DNA of 64,000 bases from Octopus vulgaris (taxonomy: Eukaryota). Of this stretch, positions 13,701-27,859 are shown in pieces. Under the pieces are notes generated by a model. It had not been told where the DNA came from and did not search any database. It worked only from the letters and a program-made list of their open reading frames with translations. How positions within the stretch are numbered: the stretch's first letter is position 1; every line of letters begins with the position of its first letter. The translations under genes were made by a program, and so were the position numbers. Location of the stretch: contig OX597814.1 of NCBI GenBank assembly GCA_951406725.2, positions 157,666,001-157,730,000 of the forward strand, read 5' to 3'.

Positions 13701-14800
13701 GTAGGTCATGAAGTATGAAATTTGTAATAAGGTATGTTGTAACTTTTGACAGCTGATCATTTTGCGCCATTATTATATTTTTACAACCTTTATTTTTTGT
13801 AAGAAAGCTGACACATCTATTCCTTTATTCTAATTCATTTTGCGCTTTATAAAGTATTTATAAATCGTTTTTTGCTATCTTTGTTTAGAGATGGATAAGT
13901 CGGAAATTCGTAGTTTTGAAATATGAGTTTTTCTTGGAAATACAGCATCACAGACGGCTCGGAATATTAATGGAGTATTTCATTCTAATGTTATTACACA
14001 GCAGACAGTGACAAATTGGTTTGCAAAATTTCATTCTCACAAATGAGCAACATGGTCGACCAGAAACGATGGTGGATAATGAAGAACTGAAAGCCAGATC
14101 CTTCTCAAAGTGCCCGCAAATTATCGTTGTTATTTGGTGTTAGCAAGCAAACACTATTGAGTCAGCTATTTCAAATCGGTAAAGTGAGAAAGTTGGATAA
14201 GTGGGTTCCACATGAACTCAATGAAAATCTGAAACAGCAACGTTTGGAAGCCTACATTATGTTACTTGCTCGTTAGAAAAATGAATAATTTTTTAATCGA
14301 ACTGTAACATGTGATGGGAAATGGATCCAATAGAACAGCCGTAAAGATTCAGAACAATGGTTGAACAAAGACGAGCCATCAAAACAAACTCCAAAAAGTA
14401 AAATCCATCAAGCTAATGGTGTGTGTTTGGTGGTCTGGCGCAGATGTCATCTATTATGATATTATTAAACCTGGCTCATCAATCACAGCCAAACTATACT
14501 GCAGCCAACTGGACCAAATGATGCAGAAACTTATAAAAAACAGCATAAATTAGTCAACAGATCCACTTCTGTTTTATTGCAGGACAACGCCAGACCACAC
14601 ATCACAAAAATGACATTGCCGAAACTACTGGATTTGGAGTTGGAAGGTTTCCATCATCCTCCATACTCATCTGATGTTTCCCCCACTGACTACCACTTCT
14701 TCCAGAATTTGATTAACTTTTTGATAGGAAAAAAAATGCTGTAAAACATGTCTTCCAAGATTTTATTGACTCTAGATTTCCAGGCTGTTCGCAAAAACAG
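13701..14800 (+). mobile_element. Degenerate mariner (second family)
   Basis: Hand translation gives WVPHEL (about 14202), VTCDGKWI, QDNARPH, HPPYSSDVSPTDYHFF; multiple stops and frameshifts. Confidence 0.85.
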
Positions 14801-14809
14801 AGCCTGAAA

Positions 14810-16270
14810 GAGAGAGGCTGGTGGAGACTGCAGATGTTCAGCAAGGATATAGGGATGAAATTCAGCATCTCGAAGTTTGCGGTGCTCACTTAAAAACGAG
14901 AGAAAAGAGAGATTGTAGGAGCATAGGATTGCCCAACGGAGAGAGAATTGAATACCCAATTGATGATGGGTTCAAGTACCTTGGGATCCTGGTGCTGGAC
15001 AATATCTTGCACAGAGAAATAAAAGACAAACTCATCACTACATATTCGAAGCACCTCAAACTTCTTTTGAAATCAAAACTCAGCTCAAGGAAACTTCTGA
15101 CTGCCATCGACATATGGGCAATTGCTGTAGTCCGCTAAAGTGCTACCATCCTGAGATAGACACAAGCGGAGATTCACAAACTCGATCACACTCCCCGAAA
15201 CAATGATAATGCATGGTGTCCTCCAACCTAAAGCGAATATACAGAGGCTGTACGCGAAGAGGTGTAAAAGTAAATGTGGGATGAGTGCACCAAAGTGAAA
15301 ATAAGTACCATGGCAGAAATATTTTGTAAATAAAAACAAGACTTGCTACACTATGCTGCTAATGCAGAAGGATTTACCAAAAATGGGCTTAAGAGCGCTC
15401 ATGAATTCCAATCACGAACGGCCAACGATAGAGAAAAGGAACCCTATACCGCATGGAATTACAGTTCCACTATCGAACTAACTACTTAAAAGACCAAGAA
15501 GCATCATGGAGGTGGCTCAGCAAGGGTCACCTAAAAAAGAAACTGAAAGCCCAATTATAGCTACCCAGGATCAGGCATTGAATATCAACTCAGTGAAAAT
15601 TGATATAGATCACACAAGTGCAATGGACATCTGCAGAATGTGCGGGAAGAGGGTCGAAAGCGTGACTCACATTGTTAGTGCTTGTGAAAATCTTGTTCAG
15701 AAACAGTACAAGCACAGACACGACAAGGAACATCAAAACCGCCATTGGCTACTATGCCGGAAGTGTGGATACGAGGTAATAGGTGCATACACCGGAAAAA
15801 GTAATGGACGAATAAGGGAAGGCAAAAATCCTCTGGGACATTGATTTCCAGACAAGCAAGATTTTAGAGCACCGAGGTCCCGGAATAGTAACCTTTAAGA
15901 GGGACAAACAAGAGGGCCTATTAATCAACGTGACATACTATCATGAAAGAGAAACGATTGATAAATATTGAGACCTCAGAATTGATTTCGCAAAGGTGTG
16001 GCAGTTACGAGAGTCAAACATAGAGACTGTCCCTGTTGTCATTAAAGCACTAGTTTCAATACTGCCCAAGTTGAAGAAGCATGTGGAAACATAAGAAATA
16101 CCCTACGATCTAGGTGTATTGCAAAAATCGGCATTACTTAGAACTGCACGAATATTGCGTAAAGTGATATTTGTCTGAGGTCCTTGTGACTTGACAGTCA
16201 GTACAAAACCCCGGTAGACACAATATCTCCAATGAACAACATTAGGATACTGGATACTGTTCGACGTCTT
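14810..16270 (+). mobile_element. Dong/R4-like LINE 3' fragment ending in (TAA)n
   Basis: FKYLGIL, IIATQDQALN, CRMCGKRVESVTHIVSACENL...RHD zinc knuckle; followed by an AAT/GAT tract at 16271-16390. Confidence 0.8.
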
Positions 16271-16287
16271 AAATAATAATAATAATC

Positions 16288-16365
<78 letters not shown>

Positions 16366-16389
16366 GTAATAATAATAATAATAATAATA

Positions 16390-19300
16390 AAAACGCATGA
16401 AAAGTTAGCTAGCAGATGGGAACAGAAACCTCTGCATGGCAAGTATGTGGCTCGTAGCAAACAAGCTGATGTTGACCAGAAACACACGTACCAATGGGTA
16501 TTCCAAGAATAACAATCGGGAAGTGCGTACTTTAGACTTGTTACACAAAAAGTACGAAAAACTACACGTGCAAAACAATTTGACAGCAGAAATGTACGGA
16601 CGCGTTACCCTACGAAAATGATGACCGTCAAAATAAAGGGCCGGACGTTGTTCCTCATGTACCGCAAATAAAAGCAAAAAGGCATAAATGGACACATACA
16701 TATAAAATATGGAAGAAGAATGACCTAAATAAAGACTTGGATACAGTAATGAACCCTAATAAACTAGCTAACATACGAAGATATATTCTCAGCGCAAAAA
16801 AATATCAGAAATAGAAATAGAACATTTAAAAGGAAAAATACATCAGAAAAATATAGATAGAAGCCACACAACAATGCCAAATAATATAAACACTGAGATA
16901 GTAAAACTCGAAGACAAACGTAACAAAAACGAAGTAAACAAAAAACAACAAACCCAGACCACAGAGATGTATAATAATGTACAAAAAGCACCAAACCAGA
17001 AGACCATAGACAAATATATGAATGAGAAGGAAAGCGAAACAAATCTAAAACCTGGAAACAACGAAGGGGAACCCAATGACTATGATACTATAAAAATGAG
17101 AGTAATCAAAGAACTGAAAACCACGGATCTCAGACTGGACCACCGACCATACCTCCCAAAAAAATAGACAATAAAACAACATCAATAATAAATAGCATAA
17201 ACCTGGCTGTCACGGAACTGATAGCCACAGAAACAAATCCCTGAGCTAAATGACATAATATATGCATCAGCTAGTGCAGCCACAAAAGAAGCTGGATACT
17301 CCCTCAAACCCATCAAAACAGGTGTACTACCACCCAAACAAACCCTGTGGATAAATAGCATCAAAGAATACAAAAAAGTGAAAAGATCTGTCGATTCTGA
17401 ACGAAATTAGTAGACAATCAACGCTACTAAGCAACAAGAAAAAAACAAAACTACTGTGCAAATACATCACATGAAAAGATTTACCTGAGATAAAAGAAAA
17501 GTAAAGCAAGATATCCTTGCCAAAGCACAAAGGATCCGTGGGTATGAGAAACGCCAACGTTTCTTTCAACAAAACAAACAGTTCAACTCCAACCCTAACA
17601 AGTTCTACCAAGAACTAGGCAAAAATAAAATAGACATCACTGCAGCACCAACGGCAGAAGAAGTGGAAGAATGTTAGAAAGAAATGAGCAATCACAGAAA
17701 ATGAGTATTAAAACAACAAACTTAGCACCTGAGCAACTCTGGACCCCATAACAAATGAAGAGGTCACCCAGGCACTGCAAACACTAAGCAACTGGAACGC
17801 ACCTGGGCACCACAAGATCCCCAAATTCTGGTTAAAATATCTGACAAGAATACACAAAAAGCTGGCTGAAAACATTAACGACATACTGGCAGAGCCAGAG
17901 ACAATGTCTAAATGGCTCACAAAAGGGAAAACCATCCTAATTCCCAAATCCAATGAAACGGCAAAACCACAAAACTACAGACCTATAGCCTGTCTCCGTA
18001 CAATGTACAAAGCCTTTACTGTAGTAATATCGCAAAGATTGAACAGGCATCTGGACGAAAACAACCTGTTTCCAGAAGAGAAGAAGGGATGCTGCAAGGG
18101 CTCATATGGCTGTAAAGATCAACTAATGACCGATAGAGACATAACTGAAGACAGCCACAGAAAGAAGAAGGGCCTCAGTATGGCATGGATCGACTGCCAA
18201 AAGGCTTTTGATAGCATTCACCACACATGGATCCTCGAAACAATAACCATTAACAAGGTAGCACCAATAATTACAAAATACATGAGACACTCTATGAATA
18301 AATGGCAGACAGTGCTACAGCTCCAAACAAAAGAGGGACTCGTGAAAACCAAAGCCATCCCCATCTCCTTTTCTGCTTGGCACTGACACCTCTATCTGAT
18401 ATGTTAAATAGAACTGGATGCGGATACAAATGTTACGGCAAAACAAACAACCACCTTTTATATATGGATGGCATAAAATTATACGCTACAAATGACAAAC
18501 AGCTGGAAATACTACTACAGACAGAACATGGACTTACCAAAGAAATAGATATGAAATTTGAATTAGAAAAATGCGCCAAAGCAACTCTGAAACTAGTTAA
18601 GAGTAGCAACATCACACTAGATAATGCCAATGAAATAAGAGAATTAGACCAAAGCGAAACATACAAATATTTAGGAATCCATGAACTAGATATGATACAA
18701 CACACAAAAATGAAAGAGAAAATAAAGCAGAATACTAAAAACAGAGCTCAATGATAAAAACAAGATAATAGGCATTAACACTTTAGCTACAAGATACAGT
18801 TACAATATCCTTAACTGGACACTAAATGAACTAACCAAAATAGACAGGAAAACGAAAAAAAAATAATGACAGGATCTAGGATGCATCACCCAAATCTGAC
18901 ATAGAAAGTCTATATATACAACGTATAGAAGGTGGTAGAGGCCTTATACTATTATAAAATAACCACTATAGGACTACAAAAATATCTACTTCAGAAAAGA
19001 GGAAAACTGATACAAATAGCGGCAAAACACGAACAAAACAAAATACTGTTCTCAGTATTTAAGGAAGCTGACAAATACAAACAAGAAATCATACTACCTA
19101 ACAAATATGAAGAAGAAGAAACAACATTAGCTATAAAACAAATGAAATACAAACTAAAACTAGAACAGCAACGAACCATGGTAAACGATGGCAAGAAAAG
19201 CCCCTTCATGGCAAATACTGGACTAAACCAAATGCAAAAGAAATAGACAGAGAAAAATCCCAGCATTTGTTGAGAAGCTCAGGACTCAAAGCAGAACGGA

Positions 19301-20075
19301 AGGATTTTTAATTGCAGCACAAGACCAAAGCCTCCCCACCAGAAATTACCTAAAACATATAATGAAATGAAACGTAACACGTAACTGCAGAATATGTGGA
19401 GATAGACAAGAAAAAATAAATCATACTATTTCTGGATGTATATATAAAACGTATGGAAGGTGGTAGAGCCCAGTCCTGGCTAAGAAGGAATATATTCACA
19501 GACACGACAGAGTTTGGACTCACATACACTGGAAGCTATGCCAAAACTATGGAATAACAACAGAAAAAAGATGGTATATGCACACACCAGAAAAGGTTAC
19601 AGAAAACGAGAAAGCAACCATACTCTGGGATATGCCAATACACACAGATAGAGAAATTAAGGACAATAGACCAGACATAGTTGTCAGAGATCAGGAAGAA
19701 AAATTGCTTTCTAATTAATGTATCAATACCAGCACAACGTGTCTCCAAAAATAATGGAGAAACTTTCAAAATACAAAGACCTTGAAATAAAGGTAACTCG
19801 AATGTGGCATCTAAAAACAGAAACAATTCCTATCATAGTAGGCGCATTAGGTATAATAAAAAATATTCAGACAAATACATAACAAAAAACCCAGGACTTG
19901 CAAATATATATAACATACAGAAAATTGCACTACTAGGCACTGCACATATCCTACGCAGAACACTTTCAATACAGTAACCATCAGAGCATCACAACAAATC
20001 ACAGCACATACCTAAGGTACACAGGGCTGCGATCGGTCGTAAAGTGAAAGCACGCTATAAAAATAAAACCAATGA
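16390..20075 (+). mobile_element. Near full-length Dong/R4-like LINE (family A) with a foreign 5' segment of about 110 bp
   Basis: NYRPIACL, GSYGCKDQL, MAWIDCQKAFDSI, HLLYMDG, REL motifs RPDIVV and KYKDL; colinear with 37770-41642; (TAA)n on both sides. Confidence 0.9.
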
Positions 20076-20110
20076 ATAATAATAATAATAATAATATTAT
20101 AATATAATAT

Positions 20111-23100
20111 TAGAGGGGGAAATAAATATTCTCTCTATGAAAAAAAGAGAGGCAATAAATTGGAAGTGCCTGGCACTGGAATTGGTGATCCAAGCGTCGA
20201 ATGAGACGCTCGAATCTAGGCCAGACAGGATTTTCATAAGGGATGGACTGAGCGCGAGAGTGTCGGTGGAGGGACGGCGGCGGCCTAGATGTTACAAATG
20301 TGGTGAGAAAGATCACGTCGCTCCGAGTGCGAGAAAGTAAAAAAGCTGACGCAGAAGAAAGAAGTGGTCCCTCCCCAACTGGAAAAAAATGCGAAAGAAG
20401 AAAAAATCAAATCGACGGAAGAAACAAGTAAAACCAAAAAAAGTTAAGAAAAAGAGAAACCAAAAGAAACAGAAAAAGAGAAAGAAACAACAGAACAAAT
20501 GGAGTATGCAGTAGTAACTCATAAAAGGAAAAAATCCCTTGGCTCTGACTCCCCACCTTACACTGCTAAAATTATTTTAGTACCAATGGCTACACCAGAT
20601 GGAAAAGATACAGGAGGAGGGAAGACGAAAGTCGTGAAGCCCCTCCTCAAATCTAAAAGAAAAACAAGGTAAACAACAATAATTTTTATCACGATGATTA
20701 AGTTAGGGTGTATAAATGTGCGTGGCCTGGGTTCGAAATGGAAGCATACAAGCTTCCTAGACGACCTCAGGTCACGGAAGATAGATAAATGTGTAGTGAC
20801 TGAGTCCAAGCTGAACGGGCCACAGACGTTCTCTCCTCTTCAGAATGCCTACGAAAAGTTTATTTCTCCGAGTCAAGGAAGGAGTAGGGACGTTGTGGTG
20901 CTGGTAAAAAAAAGCTTGGACGTACAGGTAAGTACAGTCTTTCTAGACCCAGAAGGTAGGCTGGTCGTTCTAGATGTGGCACATGTGAGTAAGCAGTCCT
21001 TCAGGTTGGTGGCAGTCTATGCTCCAAAAGAGGATAGTCAAACAATCTTTATTAAGGACTTTGAGAATTTCCTAATGACGTCGAAAACTTTAGTTTTAAC
21101 AGGAGACTTCAACACTATTCTCAACGTGGATAGTGTAGGCTCGAATAATAGAAAAGGAAGCCCTGGCCTAAAAAGGCTACCAGCGAGGTATAAACTAGTA
21201 GACCGCTACAGACTGGATGAACCGCTCGTTTCACAGTGGACGTGGTCTAATAACGATGGTTCACCCAGGTTTTACTTAGATAGGGTTATAATAAAAGATA
21301 TTGACAGAGATATAGGTAGTTGTCCACATTTTCACTGTGACTCTTACACGGATCACACAATTGTGACGTGTGAGGTGCAGTTAGCTAAGTGTCATAGACA
21401 GGGACCCGGGGACTGGAAGTAGAACAAGTCTATTTTGACTAGTAAAGTCTTCCGTACCAGAGTTAAGGAGTTAGTACAGAGGGAATTATGCGGAGCTGTC
21501 GTAAACAACATATGGTGATGCGCCCTCAAACGAGCCATTCGTTTAGAGTCACTTAGATTTAGTAAAGAGCTAAATTTAGAGGGAACTAGATTAGAAGGGC
21601 AGTTAACTAAGGAATTAGAGGAGGCCATAGCATCAGGCTCTGCATCCAGAGTGTTGGCGGCGAGAACGGTATTATTCCGGCACCCCCAAGCCAAACATGA
21701 AGGGTGTAGAGTCAGGGCTAAGTTACGCGCGGTGGGCAGAGAAGGCATTGACGTTGCTGGATTGGCCCGTCGTGTGGAGAGTCGGAGAGGCAGAGAAGCC
21801 GTTGTACAGTCTTTAATTGACGAACAGGGTAGCTTGATCGAAGGACAAGAGGAGATGCAGAAGGCCTTTCATCAACATTTCGCCCGGTTGTTTGGGACGA
21901 GCGAGGCGTTGGACCATGGAGAGCCCTTAAGGGAATTCCTGGCCGACAGACCGCGACTCTCGGCGAGTGAGCCGAGGTGCTGTGAAGGGTCTATCACGGC
22001 TGCGGAGGTCGAAGAGGTGCTGGCCGAATGCGCTTGGGACAAGTCGCCAGGGCTGGATGGTCTGCCCTACGAGTTTTACAGTAGTATGCCGGACTTGTTC
22101 GGACACATGCTGGCTTGCGTGTACACGAGCTGGCAGCAGAATGGGAGAAATCCCAGTTCTGTGAGTCGGGGAGTGGTAACACTGGTCAGAAAAGACCCTA
22201 AATGTAGAGTTAAAGATTTTGGCCAAGGTGCTAGCAAAAAGGTTGACGGTTGTCGCGGAGAAACTTGTCGGGAAGGCGCAAACATTTGCCATGCCTGGTA
22301 GGTCGATCCAGAAGAATCTTCATCTCTTATGTTACACCTTAGACAGGGTGGGTAAAGTTTCCGGTAAAGGTGGGGCGCTGGTCCATTTAGACCAGAGTAA
22401 AGCCTTCGATAGGGTTTACCATCGGTTTCTGGCGGTAGTCCTTGGGGCGGCTGGGCTGGGCCCAGTATTCCGCCGTTGGATCAAGGCCATTTACGACGGC
22501 ATCAAACCCACAGTTCAGTTGAACGCTTTCCTGTCGGAACCGTTCGAAATCAAGCGTTCAGTTCGTCAAAGGTGCCCTCTGTCTCCGCTTCGGTATGTAC
22601 TGACTCTCGAGCCATTGCTGCGGAAGTTGGAGAAGTTGGGAAGCACCACTAATGAAATCGGATGTGGTAAGAGTGTCTCTGCACAGGCGGATGACGTCAC
22701 CATCACCGCATCTAAGATGACTCAGCTACTTCGTGTAGCGGAGGCAATCAGAAAATACGAGACGGTGGCAGGGGCAAAAGTTAACGGCTCGGTACCTGGA
22801 GCAGCAAGCCGATGACGTCCAGTGTCGTGGGGCACAGGACGGATGGTCCTGTTAAGTTGCTTGGAGTCTGATTTGGTCCAGGCTCCCAGACGGAGAAGAT
22901 TTGGAGTGAGGTGACGAACAAGAGAGAAGCGCTAACCCGGACCTGGTCCAGACAGCGCTGTCCTTGAAAGGAGGGCGGAGGTGGTGCAGACGTTTATTGC
23001 GTCTGTTACCGCCTGACCGTCGTTCCTTGCCCCGATTTGTGGCTAAACAAGCTGGTTCGAGCTCTCCTCCGCTTTTTATGGAGGGGAAAGCCGCTTGTGA

Positions 23101-23735
23101 GGCGCTCCGTGTGCTGTCAAAGAGTGGCCTAGGGATGCTGTGGCTGCTGATGTGCAAACATGCACTGAGACTAAGGCATCTCTGGCTTCACCTGGATGGT
23201 AGTCAGGTGTGGAATTCTCTCGTAGGGGAATTCTTTCCACGACCAGCTTCCCTGGAGGAATTTAGACCTGGTTTGATTAAAAGACAAAACACGACTGAAT
23301 GGCAAAAGGAATGTCGGCAGGCACTTGCACTAATCCTCAAGGCGGGTAAGGCCGGCAGCGAAAATACCACCTCCGGCTCTGGAATCCTATATTACTACAG
23401 GTACCACCTGAAAAGCAAGATAGGGCTGGAGAGAAGGCACCTTTCAAAAAGAGCATATGAAGAAAGATAGAAAGATGTGGTAAGGAAGTTGGGAGTGAGT
23501 GCTCCTACTTAACTCATCCATGGTAAAAAGAAAAGGTGTAGCCGTTGGAACTTTAAAAGAAAATTGGAACTTAAAAAAGCTAAAAAGAAGGAACATCAAA
23601 ATTTTAAAAAAACCTATTATATAAGTCATTTTTATTTATTTTCATTAAAAAATCGCTAAATAACCCTTTTAAATGTTTGTAGTGTCCTCTGTTGTCCCTT
23701 CTATGTTTGATTGTTTTTATCGTAATAAAGAGAAT
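20111..23735 (+). mobile_element. L1/Tx1-like LINE (ORF1 zinc knuckle, APE endonuclease, RT), degenerate
   Basis: CYKCGEKDH knuckle (20137-20340); APE INVRGL...GDFN...LDRV...TDH (20694-21422); RT KSPGLDGLPYEFY, LDQSKAFDRV, VRQRCPLSP, AQADD; AATAAA near 23725. Confidence 0.88.
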
Positions 23736-23996
23736 TGCTGGGTTCGGCTACACCACATTGATAAAAGGCAAACACCTCGAAACTATTCTGTGGATGAAGC
23801 TGCAAGGAGAAGCTGCTGACTTCCCCTGGTCGAAGGTTTTAATGGACACAGGTTTGTGTCACATAGCTAGCTAGAGGCGATGACCTCTTGGAGCTAATCA
23901 ACGGCAGCATTCGTCCAATTTTTCTGGACTGCCATATTAGCTTGGCGATAACTATTAATATACATTACAGTTGCCCTAGTCTCCTTTAGAGAGAAT

Positions 23997-24600
23997 TAGA
24001 AATAATAATATCTCTATCAATAATTTTCTTATATTCTTCTTCGGTCTGAAGGCTACAATAGGTGGCTGAGGAAATATCTGTTTGAAACAAGGATATTTTT
24101 TCGCCACATGCTGGTAATTTTCATGCAACACTTTTGAAATGCCAGCGAAATTTCGGTGCCAGTTAATCACTGAATGAATTCTGCCATCTATTGATTGTGT
24201 TTGCTAAAATTATGCGTGAAGGTTTGACTCTCTTTGCTAATCTCAGATAATTCATTTGCTATTTCCTTTAATCGTGATTCACTGTAACCGCGTTTGGCAT
24301 AATGATGTACAAAAGTATTTGCATGTTTCCAGTAATCCCCTATGTCAGTACAAATCCGTTTTATCCTCAAAAATTGGTATTTCGGATTTGACCGATTAAT
24401 ATGATGTGGACGATTGGAGCGGCGGTGGATATATGTAGAGATTCTCATTTGATGTACGCTGCAGAATGCACGAAAAACAACTTGATTTATGTTGGTTGTA
24501 CAACAGAACAATTAAACAAAAGGTTTAATGGGCACATATTCGACGTCAGACACAGTAACAGTAGTTCAACGGAACTTGCCGAACATTTCGTTTCAAGCGT
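23997..24600. mobile_element. Penelope-like fragment in two divergently oriented halves
   Basis: Minus: PKYQFLRIKRICT...RGYSESRL and FPQPPIVAFRPKKNIRKLL; plus: MYAAECTKNNLIYVGCTTEQLNKRFNGH (GIY-YIG). Confidence 0.75.
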
Positions 24601-24639
24601 CTGTTTATGTTTGCTTTAGGGTGTAGTGCCCCATGCAGC

Positions 24640-26002
24640 CTCGTCAACTTTCTCGTCCTTCTATCCAGTGTTGATATTTCCTCCTTTTTGGTACGCCTCG
24701 CTGACCTTGACTTTTATTTCTCTGTGTAGAATGTCATCCATCTCCAAAATCCCTAAATATCTATACCCACTACCGTCGGGTTCACCCATGGTCTCTCCTG
24801 ATGGTAACTTCACTCCTCTGCAGGCTGCTTTCTTCCCTCTTTCCATATTAAGTACTGAGCATTTGGTAATCCCAAATTTCATACCGATGTCCCAACCACA
24901 CTTCTGGACTGTTTTGGTTAAGAACCCTATCTGTTTTTCAATTTTCCCAAATAATTTCAGGTCATCCATAAACAGAAGATGGTTGAATGATTGGCCTTTC
25001 TTCATCACATCGGTAACCCTTCTTACGTTTCCTAAGTGTCATTGTTATGGGTATTAGTGCAATGATAAAAAAAAGTAACGGTGAAAACGAGTCACCTTGC
25101 AAGATTCCCATTTTAATATTAACTTCTCCAAGGAATACACTACCTGAGTACAATTTGGTTTTCTACTTTTTCCTGCTAGGCATCAGAAAATTTGTGACAT
25201 TGTCTGCAACACCGAACATCTGCAGGCATTCAACGGTCCAAGAATGAGGCACCATATCATGTGCCTTCTTAAAGTCAATCCAAGGCTTAGACATGTTTGT
25301 ATGATGTTTTTTACAATGCCTCAAAACTGCTTAATCGAAGACCAGGTGATACTTGGTACCCTGAGAACTCTTCCTACATCATTTCTGTTCCCTTGGTAGT
25401 GTTTCTTCCTGTGCCAGGAAAGTGTATGTCTTTGCCTCACATATTCCAGTGAGTATCTTCCAGATTATGTTTAAGCATGCTATTGGACGGTACTTTCCTA
25501 CAATATTCCCCTTTCTTCTATCTTCCTTTACCAGTGTTGTCCTCTCAGTCCCCATCCACGCGGGGACTGTACCTATCTGGATACACTCATTTAATTGGGC
25601 GTCTAGTCTTTCATGCATCGCGTGGTTTCTCTTCTGCCAGAAGCCATGAATCCTATCTGGTCCGGCGGGGTTTCCAGTTAGGCACTTTACTCACTTGTTC
25701 TTTCACATCACCCGTGCTTATGATAATATTCCTTTGTTTCTTTCCTTCTTGTAATTCTGTCTTGATAGTTCCTAACCACATTGCATCACTTTTATGCACC
25801 CCGTCGTTTCCCCATAATCCACTCCAGCATTTCTTGGCTTGATTTGCATCAGGAACAACATTTCCCACATTGTCTCCCTCTTGAATTGCTTCGGGTTATT
25901 CTTGAGCAATCTGTTCTCGAACTGCTTATTTCTGTTCACAAATCTTCTGATCCTCTGGCTTTTTGCCATGAACCTCTGTTTTAACAGCTCTATTACTGCA
26001 TC
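24640..26002 (-). mobile_element. Dong/R4-like LINE RT fragment
   Basis: KYRPIACL, GILQGDSFSPLLF, HLLFMDDLKLF, YRYLGILE; abuts (TAA)n at 26004-26121. Confidence 0.85.
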
Positions 26003-26028
26003 AAATAATAATAATAATGATAATAATG

Positions 26029-26122
<94 letters not shown>

Positions 26123-26123
<1 letters not shown>

Positions 26124-26700
26124 TTAACTTTGCCCTGATGCAGTACCAAGGAGTGGCTCTCATGGCTTCTGATCTTAACTTTGCCCTGATGCAGTACCAG
26201 GCAGTGGCTCTCATGGCTTCTGATCTTAACTGATTGGAAGTGTTATCATGTACATTGTTTTGTCTTGGTATAAAAGATGGGCTACAGCAAATATTCTGCT
26301 CAATACCACAGATTTGCTTGTCAGTTGTTTGACCTTAACCAGTTGAGCATGTCCCTTAGTGGCTGTCGATACGTGCATCTCTGATCGCGAGCAGAAGTAG
26401 TGGGGGAACATCATGTGTTGAGAGGGATTCTTTGGAGTTTGAATAATTCGCCTCTGGAAACATAGGTGTTTCGTTTAACATCCTAAAGCAACCCTTATTC
26501 AGGGACTTTTTGAGCAGGATGGGCTACTCGACCTGAAGAAAATTCTAACTGGGCCCCACCTGCAAGGTCATGTGCTGTTTATCTTGATATGAGATCACCA
26601 TGTCGCGCACATATGGTTGTGATGCATGTGCCTGGTGTATCTTTATCAGACGGGTAGTCATGATGGGCATACTGGGCTTCGTATATTTTACCCCAGTGTC
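26123..26700 (+). mobile_element. Non-coding retroposon of about 550 bp embedded in (TAA)n
   Basis: Near-identical inverse copy at 36296-36848 and a 3' piece at 28370-28443; flanked by TAA repeats; 5' segment of about 50 bp tandemly duplicated here. Confidence 0.8.
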
Positions 26701-26722
26701 AATAATAATAATAATAATAATA

Positions 26723-26773
<51 letters not shown>

Positions 26774-26864
26774 CTAGTGGTGGTGGTGGAGGTGGTAGTG
26801 GAGGTGGTGGTGGTGGTGGTGGTGGTGGTGATGATGATGATGGTGATGATGATGATGATGATGA

Positions 26865-27495
26865 CGGGCAAACTGGCATGTTCTGCGGAGTATGGTTCAT
26901 GAGCAGGCTGAAACAGTGGACCACATCTTAAATGGATGCACAGCGCTTGCAAAACCCGAACATATTCATAGACTTGATAGGGTAATGCAATATATCCATT
27001 GGAAGATATGTAAACACTACCAGCTTCCAACTTCAGAAAGATGGTACCAGCATAAACCTGAAACTGTGACTGGAAAAGATGATGTAAAAGTACTCTGGGA
27101 CATGCTAATCAACACCTATATAGAAATCAAGGCAAACAAGCCAGACAAAATCATCAAAGATGGGAAGAATAAGAAATGCTTAATGATACAGTACCATCAG
27201 AGAGAAATGTGTCCATTAAAGAAGTTGAGAAGCTATTTAAGGACAAAGACCTAGAAATAGAAGTGACTAAGATGTGGGGAATGAAAAGCAGCACAGCAGC
27301 AGTGGAGATTGGAACGTTAGGGCTAATTAAAAGGGCCTTGATAAGCAGCTCAACAAACTCCCTTGCAGTGTTAACGTGGGAGAATATAAAAAAATAGTGT
27401 TGCTAGGTTCCGCACATATTTTACACCATGTTCTCTCCATGATATGCGGATCTGCAGTGACCTTAGTGTCAAGGGATGACCCCCGGTTCAGCAGA
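26865..27495 (+). mobile_element. Dong/R4-like LINE 3' fragment (CCHC plus REL)
   Basis: ETVDHILNGCTAL...RLD, LWDMLINT...KANKPD, KLFKDKDLEIE. Confidence 0.8.
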
Positions 27496-27859
27496 AGACA
27501 GCGGACCATATTTTATTTAAAATAATAATAATAATCATCACCATCAACACCACCACCACCATCACAATCATCATCATCTTCACCAATATCATCATCATCA
27601 TCATCATCATCATCGTCATCATCATCGTCGTCATTATCATCGTCGTCATTATCATCATCATCTTCATCATCATCATCATCATCAGTTTTATTATTACTTA
27701 CTATTATTAGTATTAATATCATTGTTATTATCATTATCATTATAATTATTATCATTATTTTCATATACACTCAACAGATTTGACTGTTGGAAAAGAATCC
27801 TGATATCTGGCTACAAAAAGTAACCTTAGATTCCGAGAACCCTCCTCAGGATCCTAGAT

